Virus record (IMG/VR): IMGVR_UViG_3300031949_000126
Location: 1-31,924 of that record
Strand: one strand, 5' to 3'
From: a virus
DNA length: 31,924 nt
Made by a program: the position numbers and the translations under genes. Below are positions 13,977-21,064 of the stretch, piece by piece (within the stretch, counting starts at the first letter, position 1; the number at the start of each line of letters is the position of its first letter). The notes under the pieces were generated by a model. The model was not told the origin of the DNA, ran no database searches, and saw nothing but the letters and a program-made list of their open reading frames with translations.

Positions 13977-13998
13977 GCTGGAAATTATCGGGTAGAAT
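13970..13998 (+). promoter_or_regulatory. Rightward promoter P1
   Basis: TTGACA (13970-13975) - 17 nt - TAGAAT (13993-13998). Confidence 0.6.
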
Positions 13999-14004
13999 CC
14001 AGGC

Positions 14005-14086
14005 GATGATTTTTTGCAGCCCACAAGTCTCATCCTCCTCTTTGAGAAGCCCCGGTCGACATGGAGGTTGGCCGGGGTACTTTTTT
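14005..14086 (+). ncRNA. Candidate short transcript (about 80 nt) running from P1 to terminator T1
   Basis: A consensus-like promoter is followed after about 45 nt by a GC hairpin plus a T6 run. An ATG lies 7 nt after the -10 box and opens a 34-codon frame that reads through the hairpin. Confidence 0.3.
14050..14086 (+). terminator. Intrinsic terminator T1
   Basis: CCCCGGTC-gacatggaggtt-GGCCGGGG followed by tacTTTTTT. Confidence 0.6.
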
Positions 14087-14087
14087 C

Positions 14088-14116
14088 TTGACAAGCCGGA
14101 TCGCCTGTGATAAGAT
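14088..14116 (+). promoter_or_regulatory. Rightward promoter P2 (replication block)
   Basis: TTGACA (14088-14093) - 17 nt - TAAGAT preceded by TGA (extended -10). It shares the context TCTTGACAAGCYGGA with P1. Confidence 0.55.
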
Positions 14117-14129
14117 TCCCGGTAGCGTT

Positions 14130-14182
14130 CTGCTAGGCCGCTCGAAATATTACGAAGCCCCGACCTAGCAGCGGGGTTTTTC
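14130..14182 (+). promoter_or_regulatory. Leader with competing structures: an 8-bp stem (CTGCTAGG/CCTAGCAG) versus a terminator-like hairpin (CCCCG-acctagcag-CGGGG-TTTTTCTTT)
   Basis: The 3' arm of the first stem (14164-14171) lies inside the loop of the terminator-like hairpin (14158-14176), so the two folds should interfere with each other. Confidence 0.35.
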
Positions 14183-14187
14183 TTTAC

Positions 14188-14222
14188 GGGAGCGGGGCCG
14201 CTCTAACCCCGGCTCCGCTCCC
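14188..14222 (+). other. GC-rich imperfect hairpin immediately upstream of the initiator gene SD
   Basis: GGGAGCGG ... CCGCTCCC are the outer arms, with the alternative inner pairing GAGCGGGG/CCCCGGCTC. It ends 1 nt before the SD-like agaggg, which lies 8 nt upstream of ATG 14236. Confidence 0.35.
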
Positions 14223-14235
14223 AGAGGGTTAGAAA

Positions 14236-15075
14236 ATGACTCGACAAGGAACAGTAATAAGACACACGCTACTTGACTCCGACACTTACGCCGCCGCCCC
14301 GGATAACGTGAGGTCGGTTTTTTTATGTTTGATCCTCGCGTCCGATGACTGGGGGAAACTACCGGACAATCCCTTGAAGCTCGCTCGGATGATTGCCGTC
14401 TGCTGCAAGCTCCCGGACGAGATCGCTATTTGCATTGAGTGGCTTATCCGGGACGGCTGCATGGAAAGATACAGAGTCGGCACTGAATCATATTTGCGCT
14501 GGACGAAATGGGACGAACATCAGGAGCGCTTAAAGAGCCGGGATAAGGCCATGTATCCTTCACCGGACGGTACGTTTGAGGCTTCAACAAATCCTCGTGC
14601 GATAGCAAAACAGTCACCGCCCGGTGTACCGCATGGTGCACCGCACGGTATACCGGACGGTTCACCGCACGGAGCCCTAAAGGAAAGGAAAGGAAAGGAA
14701 AGGAAATTAGGAGAAAGGAAAAGAAAAGAAAAGAAGGAATATCCCCCGGAATTTCACGATATGGTAACGTCCTACTTCAACGGTACCCTTTCAGAGCGGG
14801 AACAAGAAGCTCAACTGGAAGCCTTAGACGGACTGATACGCCTTGATGGTTTTGACCAGGACAAGATTTTCGCCGTCCTGCAGGCTGTCAAACAGGGCGA
14901 TCTGGATGATGCTAACTTCGAATGGTCCGCACAGATTAAATCATTCTGTGGACTCCGGGAGTTTAAAAAAGGCCGCCACGCAAACAAGATGCACAACCTG
15001 ATGGGTGCCTATGACCGCCTGCAGGAAATAACACAATCTCAGAAACCACGCCGTGCTTTCGGGGGTGAATCGTGA
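14236..15075 (+). CDS. Replication initiator / replisome-organizer-like protein (279 aa)
   Basis: It lies immediately upstream of DnaB and is translationally coupled to it. The N-domain pattern (FLCLILASDDWGKLPDNPLKLARMI...) resembles DUF1376 / phage replisome-organizer N-domains. A low-complexity linker follows, then a C-domain. Confidence 0.55.
   Translation: MTRQGTVIRHTLLDSDTYAAAPDNVRSVFLCLILASDDWGKLPDNPLKLARMIAVCCKLPDEIAICIEWLIRDGCMERYRVGTESYLRWTKWDEHQERLKSRDKAMYPSPDGTFEASTNPRAIAKQSPPGVPHGAPHGIPDGSPHGALKERKGKERKLGERKRKEKKEYPPEFHDMVTSYFNGTLSEREQEAQLEALDGLIRLDGFDQDKIFAVLQAVKQGDLDDANFEWSAQIKSFCGLREFKKGRHANKMHNLMGAYDRLQEITQSQKPRRAFGGES
14614..14673. repeat. Five tandem 12-bp iterons (consensus nnACCGCACGGT) inside the initiator gene
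   Basis: TCACCGCCCGGT GTACCGCATGGT GCACCGCACGGT ATACCGGACGGT TCACCGCACGGA, read directly. They encode SPPGVPHGAPHGIPDGSPHG. Confidence 0.8.
14679..14739. repeat. 61-nt polypurine tract, (AAGGA)x5 plus A-rich purines, interrupted only by TT
   Basis: aaaggaaaggaaaggaaaggaaaggaaa-tt-aggagaaaggaaaagaaaagaaaagaaggaa, immediately after the iterons. Confidence 0.85.
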
Positions 15076-16424
15076 CCGACCTCATTCCCCCGCACAATCT
15101 GGAAGCCGAAAGATGCGTCCTCGGTTGCTGCCTCTTGGACAAGGCCGCCCGGATAACCGTGCTTTCGATGATCCGTGAGGACGACTTTTTTCAGCCCCCG
15201 CACCGGCTGATTTACAACGTCATCGAGGCGATCTCAAACTCCGGACGGATCCCCGACTTCGTGACCGTCTCAAACGCGCTCATGGAATCCGGGAATCTGG
15301 AAGCGGTAGGCGGCGGGGAATACGTCGCGGGACTCACGAATACCGTGCCGTCCGTCCGGAACGCTGAATTTTACGGCGATATTGTCCGGGAAGCGTCCGG
15401 AAGGCGGCGGATGATCCGACTCGGAAGCGAACTCATGGCGGCGGCTTACGGTAAGAACTGTCCCTCTTGCGACGAACTCCAGAACACAGTCCTTTCACAA
15501 CTCATGGAAATCGGGCGCAACCGCGCCAACGAAAAGGCTCAAAATCTTTACACGACATATCTGGAATCGATACAATATGCTTACGACGTGACTTCCGGGA
15601 AGCGGCAGGGTCCGCTTAAAATGGGATATCCTGATCTCGACCGGAAATTTGCGCTTGAGCCCGGCGACATGGCCGCGATAGGCGGATACACGTCAACCGG
15701 TAAAACAACGCTCGCGGTGAACTTCGCCCGGAATGTCGCCTATGCAGGTGGTAAAGTCCTGTTCTTATCGCTGGAAATGACGCGCCGCCAGATCGACCAT
15801 AAGTTTGCAGCCGCGATAAACAACCTGCCGGGGCATCTTTTTAAGTACGGGAAGTTCTACCAGGACTCGGAATACGGTTCAGACGCTACCAGGTACACGG
15901 AGACGCTCAAAAAGATGGGTAACCGCATCTGGATTAAGCATTGCCCCGGCGCGACTTTGGGGGCTCTCAGGCGGACGGTAAAACAGGAAATGATCGAGCA
16001 TCCGGGTATCTGTCTGGTGCTCATAGACTACCTGCAGTTAATCCGCCTGGACACGACCCGGTATGTGCCCGCGACTGAGAAAATGACTATCGTATCGGGT
16101 ACGGTACAAGTCATGGCGATGGAATGCGAAGTACCAATAATCGCGATGTCGCAATTCAATCGCAAGGACAAAAGCCAGGTTAATCGACCGCCCGCGCTTG
16201 AAAGTTTCCGCGAGTCCGGGAGTATCGAACAGGACTCCGGTTACTGCCTGCTCTTAAACTTGCTCGAAGACCAGACGGACGGCAAGCATTGGAATCTGCC
16301 AGTCTGGGAGATCGAGCTTATAATCGCGAAAGGACGCACGGAAGGCACCAGCACAACGGTCATGCAGTTAACCCGGAACACCGGAGTTTTTGAGGAAATC
16401 TTAGAACCGACAACGAGGAAATAA
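15072..16424 (+). CDS. dnaB: Replicative DNA helicase, DnaB family (450 aa)
   Basis: The N-terminus PPHNLEAERCVLGCCLLD is the classic DnaB start. Walker A is GGYTSTGKTTLAVNFA; also present are LVLIDYLQLI and SQFNRK motifs. The GTG start overlaps the upstream stop (GTGA). Confidence 0.9.
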   Translation: MTDLIPPHNLEAERCVLGCCLLDKAARITVLSMIREDDFFQPPHRLIYNVIEAISNSGRIPDFVTVSNALMESGNLEAVGGGEYVAGLTNTVPSVRNAEFYGDIVREASGRRRMIRLGSELMAAAYGKNCPSCDELQNTVLSQLMEIGRNRANEKAQNLYTTYLESIQYAYDVTSGKRQGPLKMGYPDLDRKFALEPGDMAAIGGYTSTGKTTLAVNFARNVAYAGGKVLFLSLEMTRRQIDHKFAAAINNLPGHLFKYGKFYQDSEYGSDATRYTETLKKMGNRIWIKHCPGATLGALRRTVKQEMIEHPGICLVLIDYLQLIRLDTTRYVPATEKMTIVSGTVQVMAMECEVPIIAMSQFNRKDKSQVNRPPALESFRESGSIEQDSGYCLLLNLLEDQTDGKHWNLPVWEIELIIAKGRTEGTSTTVMQLTRNTGVFEEILEPTTRK

Positions 16425-16425
16425 C

Positions 16426-16602
16426 ATGAACCCAGAACTCGAATATCTCAACGCCAAACAACGCTTCCAGGACTTGCTTGCCTGCATCGGCGGCAGCGAC
16501 GACCCCGCCAAGGCCGCCCTCATCCTCGCGATCATGGCCGCCCGGAAGGAATTGGACGACACCTATACCCGGATTTTCCATCGGCAGGCGGTTAAGGTTT
16601 GA
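16426..16602 (+). CDS. Hypothetical small protein (58 aa: MNPELEYLNAKQRFQDLLACIGGSDDPAKAALILAIMAARKELDDTYTRIFHRQAVKV)
   Basis: Hand-translated ORF. SD gaggaa lies upstream, and the ATG is 2 nt after the DnaB stop. The listed antisense ORF 16360..16605 is the mirror image. Confidence 0.5.
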   Translation: MNPELEYLNAKQRFQDLLACIGGSDDPAKAALILAIMAARKELDDTYTRIFHRQAVKV

Positions 16603-16626
16603 CATCCTGACTAATGTGTTATAATA
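16599..16626 (+). promoter_or_regulatory. Promoter at the head of the late operon, with an extended -10
   Basis: TTGACA (16599-16604), 15-nt spacer, TGtTATAAT (16617-16625). The 14-mer AATGTGTTATAATA recurs at 29138. Confidence 0.55.
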
Positions 16627-16712
16627 ATTGCCAGGGGAGGCGGACGGGGTATGGGTAGGCCGGAGTATTTAGTTAACCCGTAAGTGCAACCGCGATTCAA
16701 CGTTACTTGACA

Positions 16713-17321
16713 ATGCCAGACTCAACTGAAATCAGACGCCGCGAAATTGCAAGGCTTGACTTCGAGTCCGCTTTCACCATGAGCGGAGCGCAACACGCCG
16801 CCACATACGACGTGTCGCAGTCCCAGATAAGCCAGGACAGGCGAACCGACGTTTACGCGGACGAACTATCAAAGTGCGACGGCGGGCGCCTTAATCGCGT
16901 TAACACGAAGTCATGGGTCTTCATCGAGGCTGCTATCGACATGGGGATTGAATACATGACTGCCGACAAAATCTCGCTTGCCCCCAAAGGCGTCCTGTAC
17001 CGGGCGATGGACTGCATCCGGCTTGCGCTTGAGCACACTGGCGAAATAAAACCACCCGGCGATGAATCCGGCTCATCTCTACTCGACCGCTTATTCATGC
17101 CCGCGTCCGTGCTCGAAAAAGAGAACGCGGAGTTAAAGCGTCGCATCGCATCCATCGAGGCGCGGCTGTCGCGGCTGAACGGCATCGGCGAGGACGTGCT
17201 CCGGGACATTCCCACAGATAGCACGACCTACACCGCGCCGGATGAATCAGTCTGGGAGAGCAGGCAGGCATACGAGGAACATACAGGCCGCAAGGCACCG
17301 GAGGCTACCCCAGATGTGTAA
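16713..17321 (+). CDS. Putative terminase small subunit / DNA-binding packaging protein (202 aa)
   Basis: It is the first gene of the late operon, upstream of TerL. It has an HTH-like segment (MSGAQHAATYDVSQSQISQDRR) and a coiled-coil segment (ENAELKRRIASIEARLSRL). The call rests on position and these features only. Confidence 0.35.
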   Translation: MPDSTEIRRREIARLDFESAFTMSGAQHAATYDVSQSQISQDRRTDVYADELSKCDGGRLNRVNTKSWVFIEAAIDMGIEYMTADKISLAPKGVLYRAMDCIRLALEHTGEIKPPGDESGSSLLDRLFMPASVLEKENAELKRRIASIEARLSRLNGIGEDVLRDIPTDSTTYTAPDESVWESRQAYEEHTGRKAPEATPDV

Positions 17322-17469
17322 AGAAGACGAGGGCAAGCGCCCTTCATACGCGCACTTCTGGCCGGGTGGGAAACTGCCCGCGCCCGTTGATAAAGAACCT
17401 AAAGAAAAAGACTCACAGGAGACACAACCATGTGGACATTCACAGACATCTTGCAATGGATCGTCCTGA
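17314..17469 (+). CDS. Possible 51-aa ORF (MCKEDEGKRPSYAHFWPGG...); doubtful
   Basis: ggagg lies 8 nt upstream of the ATG, but the ORF overlaps the next gene by 40 nt and is low-complexity. Confidence 0.2.
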   Translation: MCKEDEGKRPSYAHFWPGGKLPAPVDKEPKEKDSQETQPCGHSQTSCNGSS

Positions 17470-17669
17470 TAGGCGTTGCTATCGCCTGCGGTGACGTGCG
17501 GACGCGGTTCGCTGAATACGTTGAGAAACACAAGAATGACATTAACTACGTCCATGCTGTCAAATTTTCGGATATGCTTGAGGACATGGGTGTTCTGCAA
17601 GGTGGCAGGCAAGCAATAAAGCAACTTGCCGATGAGATTAAGGCGCATGGTAAGCATCTGGATGAATGA
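17430..17669 (+). CDS. Small membrane-anchored protein (79 aa)
   Basis: SD aggagacacaaccATG. It has an N-terminal hydrophobic helix (ILQWIVLIGVAIACG) and an ATGA overlap with TerL. Confidence 0.55.
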   Translation: MWTFTDILQWIVLIGVAIACGDVRTRFAEYVEKHKNDINYVHAVKFSDMLEDMGVLQGGRQAIKQLADEIKAHGKHLDE

Positions 17670-19024
17670 GATACCCCGTCACAATAGAGACCGTCAATCG
17701 CCTCATGCGAATTATCCCTGACCAGAAAACCGAATCAGGTTATCTTGAATGGCGCGGTGAATGGCAGCGCGAGATGCTGGACGCGCTTGTTAATTACCCC
17801 GAAGTCGTAATTCAGGCATCGCGACAGGTAGCAGGGAAAACCTTCACCGTCGGCATGTTTGAGGCCGCCCGCATTATCGCCGGAAACACGGTCACAATCG
17901 GCTACCCCACATTGGCGCAGTCATCGCGCTTACTCGGTGAACGTATCACCGGGAACGTCAACACGATTAACAAACTACTCAGTGACGCGACGGGACACAA
18001 GTTATTCCGGCAGCCCCGCGAGCAAGTGGCGTATCAGCGTTGGCAACTCATGGATGACCCGACGCATGAGGGCAAGCTGTATTCGCTTTCGGCAAACGAG
18101 ATCGCCGTCCATAAGCCGGAAGGATACACGACGGACGATCTTGACCTTGACGAAGCGCATCGGCAAACTGAGAAGACCCTCGGAATCTTCGAGCCGTTCA
18201 CCGACATCGCGCTGGAGCAGGGAAATGCCCGGATCGTTTACATCGGTATCGGCGGTCACAAGACAAGCCTAATTGAGCAGAAAAAGCTCAAACCTGGCGT
18301 CAAGGTCGTGCGCTGGCCTGCGTCGCGGATCATGTCCGTAACATCGAAATGGGACAAGGTATTTGAGCAGCGTCGCGCATCGATGTCCGACTGGCAATGG
18401 CGGCAGCACTACGAATGCTTGCAGTCAACCGAAGGTATGCGCTTGATGTACCCGGAGGGTATTCCCGGCGTAATCGACGTACAGGAAATTCTCAGGCACG
18501 GACTTGCCCCTATTTTATATTTCGGTATCGATGTGGGCAAGATCGTTGATTACACGGTCGTTAAAGTAATCAGCGTTATTACCGGGCTTGTTGGGCAGGA
18601 AGTCAAGAAGATCATTAACGAGGTTGATACGCTATTAGTCCCGCAAATCGACTATACCGAGCAGGCGATAATTATCAAAAACTGGATTGATAAGCGGTAC
18701 TATTGGAAAGGTGAGCGGATCGTTGTGGAGTTGAACGGTCCGGGGCAGGTATTCTATGACGTGCTCGGAAAGGTATTCGGGAGACGCATTCGAGGGATCA
18801 CGTCAACTGCCGAACTGAAAGAACAGTTCTGGCATGAAACCACAACGGCGATCCGTGACGGACGTTACGGTTGCGTGCAAGAAGAAAGTAGGTTACACTA
18901 TGAGGGCATGACGTACGAGTACAAACAGGGCAAGGCAGGTTTTAAGATGGAGTTTGAGCACAGCGATCATTGGATGGCTTTGTGCATGGCCTGGCTCGCG
19001 ATGCAGACCGTGGAGGTATTATAA
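17666..19024 (+). CDS. terL: Terminase large subunit (452 aa)
   Basis: The Walker A-like motif QASRQVAGKT matches the terminase SRQxGKT/S signature. Walker B is DLDLDEAH. It has a C-terminal nuclease-sized domain and the expected position in the packaging/head module. Confidence 0.85.
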   Translation: MRYPVTIETVNRLMRIIPDQKTESGYLEWRGEWQREMLDALVNYPEVVIQASRQVAGKTFTVGMFEAARIIAGNTVTIGYPTLAQSSRLLGERITGNVNTINKLLSDATGHKLFRQPREQVAYQRWQLMDDPTHEGKLYSLSANEIAVHKPEGYTTDDLDLDEAHRQTEKTLGIFEPFTDIALEQGNARIVYIGIGGHKTSLIEQKKLKPGVKVVRWPASRIMSVTSKWDKVFEQRRASMSDWQWRQHYECLQSTEGMRLMYPEGIPGVIDVQEILRHGLAPILYFGIDVGKIVDYTVVKVISVITGLVGQEVKKIINEVDTLLVPQIDYTEQAIIIKNWIDKRYYWKGERIVVELNGPGQVFYDVLGKVFGRRIRGITSTAELKEQFWHETTTAIRDGRYGCVQEESRLHYEGMTYEYKQGKAGFKMEFEHSDHWMALCMAWLAMQTVEVL

Positions 19025-19326
19025 TGCCGATGCGACAGTGGGCAGTCAACGATAAGGCGGTCCCCCCGACACTTAACCGCGCCATGAACGCATGTAGACA
19101 TTGCCAGCGTGAATTTAAAGTGACAGAAAACGTGAACGCCGTATGCTCATACCATGCGGAGGCTCTCGACAATTACGCCCGCGAGATCGGCGCCCCTCCC
19201 CCGGATTTGAAGCGTACCGCCCTGCGCTTGCACTATACCGCATACTTGGATGACGACGCGCCAAGCCAGGATTTCGGTCTCTTGAAAGACAAACAGGAAG
19301 CCCGGCTGAATGGAGGAAAACTTTAA
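19024..19326 (+). CDS. Hypothetical protein (100 aa)
   Basis: TAATG overlap start at 19024 (the track's longer version overlaps TerL). Contains CRHC ... C..H. Confidence 0.45.
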   Translation: MPMRQWAVNDKAVPPTLNRAMNACRHCQREFKVTENVNAVCSYHAEALDNYAREIGAPPPDLKRTALRLHYTAYLDDDAPSQDFGLLKDKQEARLNGGKL

Positions 19327-20381
19327 TGCCAGAATCAATCGGCATCGCCGACACCATCGCGACACCCGCCTGGAAAGAGTCTGATTTCAAGATCGTGAAA
19401 GGCCGCGAGATATACGAGGAAGTGAGCCTCACCGGAATCAACCGCGCCGTGATCGACAGCCTGACCGCGTTCATTACAGGCGAAGCCGACATGAAGGAAA
19501 CGGGCAGCCCGGCGTGGCCTGAGATTCCGCCCGACAAGCTCGTGGAATATTTTCTCGTTGACGGCTCGTTCGCGCTCCGACTCATCAGCGAAAAGGAAAT
19601 GAAAGCGAATGAAAAGCTGGATGACCCCTTCGAGTTTCTAACCGACCTGATAGAGGTTCATCGCCGGTTGGTCACGCAGCAATTACGCGATCCGGACGAT
19701 AAGCTCACGGACGTTACCCGCGTATGGCAGCAGCAGACTAGCAGCTGGCTTGTGCGCGATGTAAAGAATTATGGGCTGGAGGGTGAGCAGATAGAGGCGA
19801 CAAACCATTACCCGCTTAACGCGTTCATGCCATATCCGAACGGGCAGGGGCTTTTGTACTGGAATCAATTCACTTACCGCCGGATCGAGGAAATCGAGCA
19901 GAGCATCAGGCAGCAGACGGGCAAGGCCGCACTGTCACTGATACTGACCGGCTACATGGGAGACATTAAGCAGGCGCAACAGGCATTTGCTACCGGCAGC
20001 GAGATTGTCCACATCCCCGGCAACCCGACGGTTACAAGAGTGGCTTCGACATCGACCGCTGATCAGCTCATGCGGAGCGGGGATAAGTTGATGCTGTTGT
20101 TCCTGAAGAACACGCATCAGGTTGAAATCAGCGAGACGGCGACCTTATCGGGCGTGGCGCGTCGGTTGGCAATGACTCCGATGCTGCATTTCATCCGCAT
20201 GATTCAGCGGCAGATCACAGCCATATACGCAACGCTTGGATACGAACTATCCTTGCGCGGCCTGAATATTATGACGCCGGAAGAGCGGTCAGCGGAGCTT
20301 GACTTCCTGAAGCGCGGTCGTGACGAAGGCCACTTGGACGAGCAGGAGTACCGCACGGCGGCAAAGGCATTATATAATTGA
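19326..20381 (+). CDS. Portal protein candidate (351 aa)
   Basis: The call rests on position only (after TerL, before scaffold and capsid). It is short for a portal, and I recognised no motif. Confidence 0.4.
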   Translation: MPESIGIADTIATPAWKESDFKIVKGREIYEEVSLTGINRAVIDSLTAFITGEADMKETGSPAWPEIPPDKLVEYFLVDGSFALRLISEKEMKANEKLDDPFEFLTDLIEVHRRLVTQQLRDPDDKLTDVTRVWQQQTSSWLVRDVKNYGLEGEQIEATNHYPLNAFMPYPNGQGLLYWNQFTYRRIEEIEQSIRQQTGKAALSLILTGYMGDIKQAQQAFATGSEIVHIPGNPTVTRVASTSTADQLMRSGDKLMLLFLKNTHQVEISETATLSGVARRLAMTPMLHFIRMIQRQITAIYATLGYELSLRGLNIMTPEERSAELDFLKRGRDEGHLDEQEYRTAAKALYN

Positions 20382-20406
20382 CAACTTATAAAAAGTGTGG
20401 TATACG
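20378..20406 (+). promoter_or_regulatory. Internal promoter candidate in front of the scaffold/capsid genes
   Basis: TTGACA (20378-20383) - 17 nt - TATACG preceded by TGG (extended -10). The ATG at 20413 lies 6 nt after the -10 box and has no SD. Confidence 0.4.
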
Positions 20407-20412
20407 AAAACC

Positions 20413-20934
20413 ATGACAGAAGAGACACCGCAACCTGCACCTCCTGCACCTCCACCCGCGCCTGCCCCTGCCCCCGTTGTGGACGAGGAAGCCCGTAAGC
20501 AGGCCGGGTACTATGCGCGATACCCCGAAAAGTTTGAGGCCGTCTTGGGCGAACTGGAAGCATCCGGGCAGGTCGCAATCCGCGCAGAGGTTAACAACCT
20601 TAAACGCGAGATAACGATCCGCGACGCGATTACCGACCATGGACTGACACGCGCCGATGCTGAATTCATCCGAGGAAACACCCCGGAGGAGATCAACGCA
20701 AGCGCGGCCAAACTTAAAGCAAGGCTGGGAGCAGCCGCGCCTCCACCTGCACCGGCAGCGCCCAACGGCACACCGGCAGCCCCGGCAGTTATATCAGCAC
20801 CGCCCGCGCCCACTCAACCGCCCCCGCTACCTGAGCATCGCGGCGGGCGCACATCGATAGAGCAGGCGGAAGCCGATTTGCTTGAATCCTGTGCCAATAC
20901 AAATTGGACAGAACTGCTCAATCCGAGACGTTAA
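20413..20934 (+). CDS. Capsid scaffolding protein (about 173 aa)
   Basis: Pro/Ala-rich termini flank a helical core (AEVNNLKREITIRDAITDHGLTRADAEFIRGNTPEEINASAAKLKARLG), typical of GP20/DUF4355-type scaffolds. It lies directly upstream of the capsid gene. Confidence 0.55.
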   Translation: MTEETPQPAPPAPPPAPAPAPVVDEEARKQAGYYARYPEKFEAVLGELEASGQVAIRAEVNNLKREITIRDAITDHGLTRADAEFIRGNTPEEINASAAKLKARLGAAAPPPAPAAPNGTPAAPAVISAPPAPTQPPPLPEHRGGRTSIEQAEADLLESCANTNWTELLNPRR

Positions 20935-21064
20935 ACGCTGCCGACTTGCGATAACAGTCGAGACCACGCTTCCCTGGGCAATGGCAGGAGACCTCTACCG
21001 GCACCACGCCGAGACGACCCCCGTAATCGCGGGAGAAAAATAATCCCCTAAGAGGTCAAATATC

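Noticed and set aside
14188-14222. GC-rich hairpin considered as part of a tRNA or tmRNA-like gene
   Set aside because: No cloverleaf can be drawn: there are no D or T arms, no anticodon stem and no conserved GTTC. I saw no tRNA-like element elsewhere in the intergenic regions either.
16360-16605. 81-aa minus-strand ORF after dnaB
   Set aside because: The plus-strand 58-aa ORF 16426..16602 has an SD and is coupled to dnaB in the operon direction. The minus ORF is its mirror image.
17247-17657. 136-aa minus-strand ORF between the small terminase candidate and TerL
   Set aside because: It is antisense to the SD-bearing gene 17430..17669, it has no coupling, and its Cys/Leu-rich composition is odd.
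19115-19585. 156-aa minus-strand ORF spanning the junction of two late genes
   Set aside because: Its sequence is Arg/Ser-rich and antisense-like, it has no SD, and it overlaps two well-coupled plus-strand genes.
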